From the NCBI RefSeq assembly GCF_964355755.1, contig NC_092677.1, positions 12,422,101-12,486,100 of the forward strand: a DNA stretch of 64,000 nt, written 5' to 3'. The notes under the pieces were generated by a model, which worked only from the letters and a program-made list of their open reading frames with translations, had not been told where the DNA came from and ran no database searches. A program made the translations under genes and the position numbers. This document shows, one piece after another, positions 38,401-51,200 of the stretch. The number at the start of each line of letters is the position of its first letter. Positions within the stretch are counted from its first letter, which is position 1. The stretch is from Antedon mediterranea (Eukaryota > Animalia > Echinodermata).

Positions 38401-41400
38401 TCACCTACTTTAGATATATTGATTATAGTAAGCCTAGAAAGTGATACATTACTACCATTTATGGAATCAAATCCCATATTAACAAAACAAGAGTCACGCA
38501 AACCCACACGCATCACATGATACAAGATGGGTCGTCTGCTTATCTTTCTTGTCATATCAATACCGCAGTCTCCCTCCCGGGAACACGTCACATGTTTACA
38601 GAGCACCCCTTATAATTATTGACAATTTATTATGAAAGTACATCAATCAATCTAGGGACCAAAATATGTTCTTTTGTGGGTGACAAACAATATGATGTAA
38701 ATTAAATTAGTCATACAGTAGTAATTGATCATTTTAAAACCAAATTTGAGATTGGCGAGTGTCTTTATTGTCACATGTCCATATCATTATACATATAAGT
38801 TTATGCAATTTTTTGCTGTATACTTGTTTTATTGGGATGAAATATTGGTCAAATAAATGTCACATAGAGCTACCATCAACATGATTGCAATTCAGTTTTA
38901 TGTTTATAGAAATGGAATATATGTTAATGAATGAAACATCTAGGCAATATTTGGCAAGATTCTGTGTTACATAAATTGCCATATTGATATATTCATTGTC
39001 CTGTTGTATCTAAAAAATCTGATTTTTTTGTATAAAAAGAAATAAAATTGATTATATTGCTGTATTATACCATGGAGCTATGAAATTTGACCCAAAGGTG
39101 ATCATGATAATATTACTTTAATATTTAAAAAATAAGTAAATAAAAAAAATAACAGACAGGCATGCGTGTTTGTGGTCAGAAAACAGTGTGTTTGTGGTTC
39201 TAACATTGTAACATGATGTACGTCAAAGGATGCGCAAAGGTGTGTTACCTGTCGTGTTTAATTATTATTGCACATTGACTGTGACCTGCGCCGTAGTTGA
39301 CCTCCTTCAAGTGGTTTAGGTCATTGACTTATAAATGTAAATTATAAGTTAATACAAGTAAACAAAACGATACTGTAAATGTTTTGCTTAATTTACCTAA
39401 TAATATAATACAGTTTTCTGCAAGAACAATATGAGTATTGTTGCTATAAACGATACCAAGTACAGATACTTACCAGCTGTACAGTACATATTCCCAGGTA
39501 TTACTAAACCGTTCTGTATTTCTCGGTTTTATTCCTTACATTGGTATTGCAAATTAATACAGTATTCTGTTCGTGGCATGTAAAAATATTTAATATACAC
39601 GGTGACATGTATCAATCCAATACTATAGAACCACACAAAGCATTGTCCCCTTAATATGAATGTCCCAAAGGCTCTACTGTGTTATCTTTTGTAATTAGTT
39701 CATTATTGGGCCTTTTGGCTAAATTATCTATATATAAAATGTTACATATTGTCTATTGTAGGTGCAAGAGATATCCACGGAGCAGCCGTTATAGAAGTTT
39801 CAGCGTGTCACCCAATTTGGATAGAACAGATCAGCAATATACCAGACACAACACAGTTACTCACATACTTATTCAGTATACCAAGGTTGGTAATGTATAA
39901 TTGATTTAAGGGGAAGAGGATTAATTAATATACTGCAGCTAAAGGCCCCGTTTCTGCTGCCAAAAATATACCGTATATATACGGTATATTTTATATACGG
40001 TATATTTTTTGGCAGCAGAAATGGGTCTCATAAAAAATATACCGTATATATATGCGGTATATATACCGCATAAATATCCCCATCGTTTGTGGATATTATA
40101 CGGTATATTCCAAAATATACCGTATATTTCGTACCCCGTTTCTGCTGCACTCAAAATATACCGTATATGTGACCCAGCCCATGACATGAGGTCAAAAACT
40201 AACAGAGCGTGACGCGTTTGTTTTTCTGCTGCATTGACACACACGTATATAATAAGCAAGCAACAGATCAAAATATCACTGTGGACTGAAGAAATAACTA
40301 TTTTTGCAATTCAATTGTGGGGAGAAGCGAAGGTTGGGGGGAGACTACATGGCAACAGAAGAGATACCGAGATTTACAAAAGTATCTCAAACAAAATAAA
40401 AGCAGAATTTGTGGTAGACTTAATAACGCCAAAGTTATCGGCAAACGCCGTCGTCTTCTTTGCATAAATGTAGTCAATGCCCATTCTACATTTCTAGATT
40501 GTTTGTGCGATGTAAATTCGTTGCCACTTCTGATCATTAGATTTAAAATAGAAAGCAATGCTAAGACGTTTTGAGAAACCATCATTGTTTTGTTTTTGTC
40601 ATGTAACCTCGCTACCCGAGACTCTAGGTCAATCCATACTTCCGTCTCACAAAATGCATTTTGGGTATATGAAAGCCAACTTTTTTTACAGCCCACCCAC
40701 GAAGTATGTGCAGCGGAAACGGTGCACGAATTTCATATACGGTATATATACGGTATATTTATACGGTATATTTATACGGTATATTTATACGGTGTATTTG
40801 GGATTGGCAGCAGAAACAGGGAGGAGTGGGTATTGCCTGTGCAACTAAAACACCCAGATTAGTATAGTAAGTTGGCATCTAGAAAACAAATAAAATATGG
40901 TTCACCTCCTCCCATGTGTACCATGCCCAATATGCAACAATAACAATAGAAATCTGCTGTCGCAATAGATAGATAAAAAAATATGTCTTTACCCTACAAG
41001 TACAAAAGACAAATGATGTACGGTATATGGCATAAGTTTTATGAGGAGGAAAGATAATTTATTTAATGAAAAATACACCTTGAATGAACAATACATTTCT
41101 TTTTTAGGTAATATGCTAGCCTAACATACCAATCCATAAGTAAATAATCACTTAACCACTAAAGAACTAGCCCACTATGAGTAAACCTATCTTGTCTGGC
41201 ATGGCTTAAGTATTACCTTTACAGGTAAAGTAACCTGGTCAGTCTTAGCCTCAGGGAGAACTCAGCATCAGGCATCCTATGGGAACTACACTGCACTGCT
41301 AATTATGATCTAATTGATCTAATACATACTGTACATGCATGGAATTGGCTCAATGCTTTAGGAATTTCGTTTAAGATATTATTCTTAATAGCAAATATGT

Positions 41401-44400
41401 TTTTTATAATAATTAATTTTTTACGCAGACTTCAAATAATTCAATACCATTAATTGAAAAAATTGAAAAGATTTAATTATTTCATATATTTACAATTTTC
41501 AATTAATATAAAAATACCACTATTTTTTAATATAAATATTTCATTGGTTGAAGTCTTATCCTTAAATCTAGGAAATGCCCTATCCCATAATTCAACATTT
41601 AATTAATGTCATAAATAAAACATCCTGAAGTGTGCTCTGTCATTGGCTATTGGCCATAATGTACTTTATGAACTGATAATGAACTTTGCTTAGTTTTTAC
41701 AGGTCATGTCAACCAAAAATAACCTCATCAAATTTTATAGTTCAAAGGTCAAAAGATTAACCTAGAACCTATAGTTATACGCAACATTAACAATGAAAAT
41801 ATATTTTTTCCGTGATCATCAAATATTGACTCAATTTAATTTTTCTTGTGAAATGTACCTAAAAATTAACGAATTCCATATGTTGGGTCATATGTGATGA
41901 GTAGCGGTAACATGGTCAATTTAATATTCACTACAAATAATTACAGCATATCAACTTGAGAGTTGACTGAACTCCAAGCAAGATTTTGTGTTTTTTTCAA
42001 GGACTTCACAGTTAGTTACAGAGTTATCATAAGGCGTATGTGCTGTTTGAGTTTAAAGTGATACTCTGTTTTATCAAAGATCCTTGGAGAAAAGATTGAT
42101 TCTGTTTGAAGATTATTGGATCGTGGCTACGGATTATCACAAGCGTGTGTTGTGTCGTTGAGATGCTCCTAAAGATTCTTATGATTAAATAACTGTATGA
42201 ATTTCTCATCATGATTAACACTGTCTGAATTTTTTCAAGAGCAGCTTTATAAGTAGTACACCATACTGATTTTCATGTTTTAATGATTATTAACATTCAT
42301 GAAAAGTTGTAGAAATAAAGCAAGCTTAATAGAAAACAGGAAGGGACCTGTGGTGGCATGGCATCACAAGAGCCAAGGGTGATGAAATCGTGGGGAGCGA
42401 TGCTATAATGCAGACATAAATTATTTACCATCTTTTAGTTAAGCCTGGACGATCTTGGGCAACTATGGTATAACAAAAGACTTTCTATTTTTATTAGTGT
42501 CGACAGCTGAGCTCCAGGTTATGGCTTATCATTTGTCCACTGTTAACATCTCCCATCCTTAAGTCATGGACGAAAAAAAGCCTGGAAAATGTTGGACAAC
42601 AAAAAGGCTATTTTTAAGAGTGTCTGCAGGTCCATGTAATTTTACCATAGTCCTCTGTTAATATTTTATGCTACTTGACTTAATATTTTACCAAATCTTG
42701 AAACGGACAGATGGTATTGAAATTATTTTTTGCTATGACTCATATAGAAGATGAGCTCTGTAATTCCTAAATCAACAGATGATATTTCTACCAATAATAA
42801 CCGTAATCCAAATTTCCTCACCTTAAAATTGTCCTTCAGGAGCTAGACTTGAATTAAGTAGAGCTCAACTTGAATTAAGTACAGTTAGGACACCTGTGGT
42901 AGAGTTGCCTAATCACCTTGATTATGATATGATTATAATCAGTGAGTCATGTCAAAGCGCAGTTTTTTGACTGGGTGGTCCAATCAATTAATAATTCTTT
43001 CGTAATATAGAACATATTAAAATAAGGCTATATTAATTACTATAAATTATATCAAAGTTATTTTTTACAGAATTTATTATAATACAGTACGTTATATTTA
43101 AGATGTACTGTTCCACAAAATAGTAAAAGATAAGTACTCTATAGTAATAATAAAGTTTGATTTTCACCAAAAAATAAAATGATAATGATATTGAAAATTA
43201 GGACTATGATACAAAACTGAATGAAATCATTACTAATAACTCAGATTTTATCTTAGAAATTAAAGTAATAAAAGGTTAATAGTTCATTTATTTGATGTTT
43301 TTGTTTATAAACATTAAGTTAAGAAACATATTGATAACAAATTTAAAATGGCAACTAAAATGTTTACATTGCTATAGTACCTGGTACCAGGGAAGAGTAA
43401 CTCTTCCCTTCTGGTACCTATAATTATATAATTTGAATTTCAATTTTTTTTTTAAACTTGGATTTATCCCGATTAATTTCTGTCAATCTTTTAACTCCGG
43501 ATGGAGCTCTTTCAGTTCCTTCCTTCCACGGTCTTTAACCTGTTGCCCGTACGTAATTTTGTGGTTAGTAGTTAGAGTTTTAATAAGTGATTTTTACTGC
43601 ATGTGTACTACTTATTTTTTTATATTAATTCATAATCATAAATTCTCGTTGGTAAGGCATTCTGGTACACTACCAAGCATACAGACCTTCAACAAACTTT
43701 TTTTCTAAATAATAATAATAATAATGTATTTTGACAACTACCTGTAGGCTTTTAGGAAAACCAGTTATTTTGTTACAGTTTGAACGTTCTTTGAGAGAGT
43801 TGATTACGTGCATAATAAAACACAATTTATCAAAAACTTGGTTATAAAATCAGTTTCATTTTGTCTTAATTTTTGTAATTGAAACTTATTTATACAAAAT
43901 GATAACCTTGTCAAAACCAGCTGTCAATCAAAAAAAAGTGTTTGATATTCTGGCTATAGAGGGCAGCAGAGCGAAGTTGAACATTAAGAATTCTAAATTT
44001 GCATTTTTTTTTTAAGAAGTAAATTCTAAATCTAAATGTTTGTAAAAAATAATTCCTTATTCATCAAATGCAGTAGGTAATTAAAGACCCCTTCCCTGCA
44101 ATTTTGGACGTTTTTTGGAAAATAATACATATATATCACTTTAAAAACATTAAACCATGTCATTCCTTGTCTTAAATGTACGTTTTATGGTAAATTGTGA
44201 TAAAAAGTGAGAAACAATGCACTACCTAAGTAGCTCGCGGCGATCGACCTCTCGTGGATGGTCTTAGGCCTAGCTAGGCTTAGTTTTGTAGGCCTAGCTG
44301 GTAAACATCGATAACGTACGAACATCGTACGCTAGCTATATACTTAGCCTGACGTTGCATAGTTGCTGCATTAATTGTCTTTCTATTTTTGCCAGACTCC

Positions 44401-45248
44401 GTTGGGGAATTGGGGAAAACCCGGTATTTTCGCTGAAAAGTTAGGAGTCTTCCATTTGTTTTGGCTTCACGATCGATCGAAAAGTGGGCGAATTACAGGT
44501 GAAAAACAAAAATATCAATCCGCGCGCAATGCATTTTGGGATTTATAGCGGGCCGCTATAATTATTAGAATCGATTTATTTTTCACATTTTTAACCGTTT
44601 AAAGACGGAAAAAGTTATCGCAATAGGACCATATAGTATTATTTTTACATTAAATATAGTTTGTGATCTTAAATTAGATCTAAAAAACGTAGGGAATGGG
44701 GCTTTAAAAGATATCTAAATTTTACCAAATTGATTATGCCTATAAATTATCTTAATAATAATAATCTATATTTATATAGATTTAAAGCAGGTTGGAAACT
44801 ATCTTTCAGTTACTTTCTCTTTATTTTGTTAATATTACTAATCAACCAATCACAGATGTCCAACTAATTGCATAGTATAAAGTAATTTGAATGCGTGTTG
44901 ATTTATTTTGTTTCACACCTTTTGTTGAGATATTAAGAGAGGTTTTTGAGAGGAAATTATAATGTGCACTTGTCGTTATAGAAATAGGGTGTTGTGTTTA
45001 AGACTCAAATTTGAGGGAAATTAAGGCCATACATTTAAATTAAAACCAAATTAAATGATTATTAGTTGAGTACATAGAGGCTATTTTGAGACTAGACTTA
45101 GATTGAAGCAGAATTGTACTATACTAACTAGAGAAGCCCATATTCATGAATATGGGCTTACTCCTGAGGGATCCAAGGGATCGCATGCTATACTATATTT
45201 AGGTTATATGCATGATATGCATATAACCTCTTGATTCTGTCAAAATCT

Positions 45249-45279
<31 letters not shown>

Positions 45280-48200
45280 TTCTTTCCTTAGCACTATTTG
45301 TCCGTGAATTATCTTGGCATCAGTTTCATCTATCTAAGTCAATTTTTCAGAGTATATTCCTTATGGCCAGGAATCGATGTGGTTATGTTTTCACGATGCG
45401 CAATCAAAAATTACGCGGTCTACGCGCGATTTAACGAAATCACGTTTGTAATCATATCTTCACAAACATGAATCACTTTTAAACAAAATTTGGTACTCAT
45501 AAATTTCAGGTCATATTTCATCATATGGCAATACAATTACGTGCGTAGCGCATATAACGCATGCGTACGCGCGCTTAAAATGTTCAAAATTGTCAGAATT
45601 TATTTTCGATGAAATTAGAGTACGTTTCAGGCAATTTTAAGCGTTTAAAAAATTGCCATGAGTGCGCAGATTTTTGCACGCGCACTGCGCGTCAAACGTT
45701 AATGCGCACTGTTTGTGTCCGATTACTGTTGTATAACCTTTCTTAAATAATATCATCATATTTTATTCACTTTTCAACGCGAAACAGCGTTATACGAGCA
45801 CGTCAAAAGTGACGGGCTACGCACGTGTAAGTTAACAAAATGGTGAAAATATGCTAAATTTTAAAATTAATATATATCGTTAGAATGCTCGGGAACACCT
45901 ATTTTTTATTTAATTTTCTTGAAGTGTATGTATCATATGTATGATTTATTATGAAATTAGAAGAACAAAAGTTGATTAAGTCATCATTAATGGCATATTA
46001 AATTTAACAAAATTAATTTCGACAACCAAACAAATTATAACATTTTCTTAGGCCAAAATAACAAACTTAACGTTAACTTTCTTCCTTAAGAAGTTCATAT
46101 ATTAAAGTTAAAAGTATATAGTTTGACAGTGCATCATTTTTTTTAATTTTTAAAGATGTCATCATAGTAAAACATTATAATTCATTGCGGTATGTAATAA
46201 TCTATCTGCACCAAAGTGGTTACTGCATAGTAAATACACGGAGGAATCTTTCCATAACTTTTAGTCAGTTGTGTATGGCTCGGTGGTCTTTGCTCGTGTC
46301 TATAGCATTCAAGTACCGAGATCGAGTCTCACCTTGGGAAACGAAACAAAATAAGTTTTTTTTTATTATCCGTATTGTTTGTTCAAATTTATTTCTTAGT
46401 GTATAGATTATACACATGATTTATAATGAAATCTAGATAAAAATTAACTTATGTCTTTATTATTATGTAACAACAAATGTGGTTTATGACATTATACGCA
46501 TATGGATCTTTGATCGGATTGTGATACCGGCTATGGTGTTCGCGTTAGCAAGGTCCTATCATATATTATAAATAATTAAAGATTCTGAGAAAATCAATCA
46601 ATCAATATATATTTTAAAAATCAATTATCTTTATTTAAATCAATGCATATAACCTATAATTCGTCATAGTGACGAATTAAATCTAGTTATATATATATAC
46701 TATATTATGTAAACAATGCTAAAAGGCAAGGAGAAAAATGAACCATATACAGTAGATAGAAATATAATAAATATTTTGTTCCACTAATAATTTTGGATTT
46801 CTGTATTCAGTTAAAAAATATGAATAATGTTGACTATTATTACTCATTTTTAATTTTAGTTGTGACAAATAGAAACGTAAACATTCTAATTTTCTAAATA
46901 AATCAAAATTTAATGAAAAGAAAGAATCTTATATAGATACTTGCAAAGTCAGGCAGTAACCTTTCATCTCTAATTAATCAGGAAGCCAGAAAAAATGTAG
47001 TTAATTAACGAATGCAGGAAACTTGTGATGTAATCAGCGTTGTAATGATTACAAATGCAGTTACGCATTATTCGGTTTTCTTTTGTAGGGAGGATGTGAC
47101 CAAACGTGGACTGACCGTAGTTGTCGATGCGCGCAAACCTACAAATAATACCTTGGATTTTTTAGCAGAAGCCGTAAACATGTTTCAGGTAATTTACGCA
47201 TTTTTTAAAACATATTTTTATACTATTTTAATTTGGTAATACTATTTGGTAATACATTTGTTTTATGATTGGTACAAGTTTTTTGAAGAGTTTTTAAATT
47301 TACAACATGCTATATTTTGGTTGTTTGAGCAAATTTCAACTTTTTCCAAATGTATCAGCACTTTGATGTTGTTATTTAATATGTACAAAATCACTTTTTG
47401 CATTCAAATTAGTTATACATTTTTTGTTTTAATTTTTTAAAATCATATTCTTATTTTATTTTAGGCAAAACTAAAAGTAAGTAAAAGACCCAGGTTTATG
47501 TCTGCATAATGTTGTTAATGAAACTTTTTTTTTTTGCACTATTTTAAAATTTTAACCCCTCTTTTTTTTCATTTAATTCTTTCCATACCCCAAACTTCCT
47601 TCGTCCTTCATCCTATTTTTAATTTTCATCATTATTTGTTCTTTCCATTTCATATTCAACAGTATTAGTAGTATTGTGGCTTGATTGTAAGATCTTTTTT
47701 AGTATTTAGTTAAATAGACATTTTCCAAAGCCTGAGTATTTCTAAATTAGTTCATTAAATACATTAGCATAATAAAAAATAAAGGATATGCAAATTAGCT
47801 TTATGATGGTCTGTGTTTTAATTCTAAAAGAGTGGAAGTCAGTTGGAAAAACTGTTAGTGCTCTCATCTTTTGATTGTGAAATTTAGAGGTTGAATCATA
47901 TCTTGTTAACTTCTAGATATATATATAGAACTTTTGCATCATGATATTTCAATTAACATACCTAATATTAAACATTCTTAAAATAGCATTTTTGAAATAA
48001 TTGTAATCTTTATTTATTTTTACTGCACATGTTAAACTGTAACTTTATTTCAAATTATCAATATTTTTTGGAAAATAGTCGATCAATAACCATTCTGTAT
48101 TGTATTAATACCATCATAAAATGTCCCAAACACATTCTGAATACCAGACTTTCCGGAAAACCAGACATATTTGGCCAGCCAGCCCAAAGGTGTCCGGTAT

Positions 48201-51200
48201 TGATAGAGTTGATTTTTAAAATACTGAAAAGGTTATAGTATATTAATTGTTTGCTGATCTTTATTTCAGGATTCTTTTCCTGGTACCGTGTTTGAAGTTG
48301 TACTGCTAGAACATTCAGTGCCATTGGGCCGATTCAGCTCCCAGTCTAACTGTCCATTCAACATCCCTCCTACGTTTAAGGTTTGTTTTTTTCTTGCAAG
48401 TTTGCCTCTTTTTTAAATAATCAATAGTGATAATAAAATAAATACAATTTAATCTCCAGTTTTATTTAATCTAATGATATAAAGATTTGATTCGAGGTTG
48501 AAGTTTAGGAAACAGTTTTCTGCAACCAGAATGTTCCACTTTCGATGATGGTTCAATTTCACTTTCTGTCTATCTTTGAGATGATGCTCTTTCAATTTAA
48601 TTTTTAATTGCGTTCCATGTTGTCTGTACAAATAAAAATGTCAATATCACTGAAAAATAGAATTTTAGATTTGAAATGAATGAAAAACCAAATCATATTT
48701 TTATGATTTTAAACTTTATTGTGGATGCAAGATTTAAAATTTCTAAGAACATTTTTTTAACATTACAAGTGGTAAATTCTTATAAAGACATTCTCTGTTC
48801 ATGTCTGTATTATTATGACCTTTGGCCTGTCAGAACCAATAACTAAAGTTGCTGTGTAATGCACATAGAGGAAACATTGAATTAACGAAGACACCAATTA
48901 GTAGATTATAGGAATTAACAAAGTAGGGGATGGTACCGGAGTATCGACCAATCAAATACCTTAAACCAATATGTATGATTTCAAGGAAGTCCAACATTAA
49001 TGTCGCCCCACTATGTGGTTCGGTTATAAAGTGTATGTTTACTGTCTAGTGGAAGATATTTAGAAGATTTAGAATAAAATTAAGGAAGTTGGTGAATTCT
49101 AAAATTAGGTGTTAAATTTAACCTAATTTTTGCATTGTAATTTTTTTAAACTTTTTTTTTTAAAGGGGTCGGCCCTTAGGATCAGTATATGTATATAATT
49201 CTTTATGTTAAACTATTAATAAAATGCGTATGTGTGTGACGTTTTGACTTTGACAAGAAATCTTCTTCTGGCAATGACTAGATGTTAGTGTTTGCTAGGA
49301 GTCGATTTGCTAGTTGTAGCACCCCCTATTACAGTAGTAAGCTTAGTCTGCGATTTGCCAAAGTTCTTCGGCTTTTAAGGTGAAATAAACAATTAACACT
49401 TGCATAAAAGATAAAACAGGACTTTTTTACAATGGAAACAGCAAACACTAAAATATTGAAGCTACTTAGAAGGAATTCAAATAGGATTATGCTTTATCCA
49501 TTATTTTAGGAACAGAGCATTATGATATAACATTAAAGTGCACAATTACCATTTGGTAGACACGGATGTCTGAGACTAATTGATTGCTTGGACGTTTCCA
49601 ATATGCATTAAGTATTCTTCTTTTATTGCCTGGAGTAGTTCTAAAGTTCAGTTTTCAAATTACATCTATTTATTCAATTGGAAGTATTATAATATAAAAG
49701 TGAGTTTTAGAAAATGTATTTGTGTTCAGCAACAATCCGAATTGATATGTTTAAATATTATTATTATTATTTTTGTCCATAGTTTCATCAAGTGCGGTCA
49801 TTGGAAAAGCTGTACCAATTTGTTCCAGCCCAGAATTTGACCAATCAGTTTAATGGAACTTTTAATTACAACCACGAGGCTTGGGTTAAGTTTAGAATGG
49901 TCAGTGGACAATTTGGATTTTAACTGATTAATAAACTCATCAAACTAGTTTGATAGTGTAGACAGAGCTTTACCATATATGGATATGATGACATCAAATC
50001 ACTACCATATTTGGGCATATCACTACCATATTTTGGCATATCACTACCATATTTGTCAGACTAGTTTGATAGTGTAGATAGAGCTTTACTGTGAAACAGT
50101 GACAGTGATTCTAAAAATAGAACCTTCTCATGGTTTAAAAAAAAAACTTTATGAGGTGTTAATGCAATAATTTTGTTTATTTCAATAGGTGTAACTTTAT
50201 ATTCGCATTTCCACTGAATGGCCAATTATATTATATTGCGTAAAGGAAAGACATAAACCTTTATGTTATTACTCGTTCCCTTCCAAGCCACTACTATTTT
50301 ATTCTGCCATAGAAATTGGAACCATTTATGTCTGGCTGTCGAAGCGCGGCCAAGTACTTGTTGGGATCGATAGAGGAACTTGCGAAGATGAACTGGGATG
50401 GTAACTCTGATGAGATCAATGACTTGATAGAGAAGGTGAAGGCCAAACACAAGATGATCTATCGGGATCAACGATTGGCAGGTCTTCTGGAGGAGGGTGA
50501 TGCCATCTTAAAGGCACTGCAGGATGAGCAAGGAACAGCTCTGGCTGGATCAGAAGACTTTCGGTAAGAAAACTTTTATTTCACATTTAATCAAAAGCAA
50601 CATTTCCTACACATCTCTGTCTAAAATTGAGTTTTTTTACTGACCTTTTTAGTATACATTTCTTGATGATAATTTTATTTAAATACTGTATACTTTGCAC
50701 CAAAATGTCTTTCCTGAATCTAACCAATTACTCAACTCCTTATGTAAAGGTACTCCAAAGTAGTTAAATACTATTATTCTGTTGGTGCAGTACCCGCTAG
50801 CTAATGGGGCTGAAACCTAGCCATCAGCACAAGCTTTGTGGTCTAGAGTAAGAGCGCAAGGCTAATGGTCCGAGAATTATATAGTATAAAGTACAAAATT
50901 ACGTTAAAGTAGGGCATAGATCTGACCAATTATACTTAATTTGATATTTCCCGAGGAATTGAGATGTCATTAATAACCCGCTACTATGTCAATGCAGCAA
51001 CATCTCTACACGTTTGTATGCAGATATTTGGCCCAGTGTGTTTTAAGTATAAGTGGTTTATTGTGGAAGCAGTAACAGCTTTCTGTGAAAGCAATGAGAA
51101 TCTGAGGCGTATGTACAGATATGAGTATGTCGCCATCTATGATTATGCTAGAGATTTGGAATTTGCTGCCCTCTATATGTTATAAACTTTTTTGTTCAGA

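Noticed and set aside
50964-51185. 73-aa ATG-initiated ORF or alternative terminal exon
   Set aside because: No recognisable homology, and the nearby acceptor (51023) in the required phase gives a different short frame.
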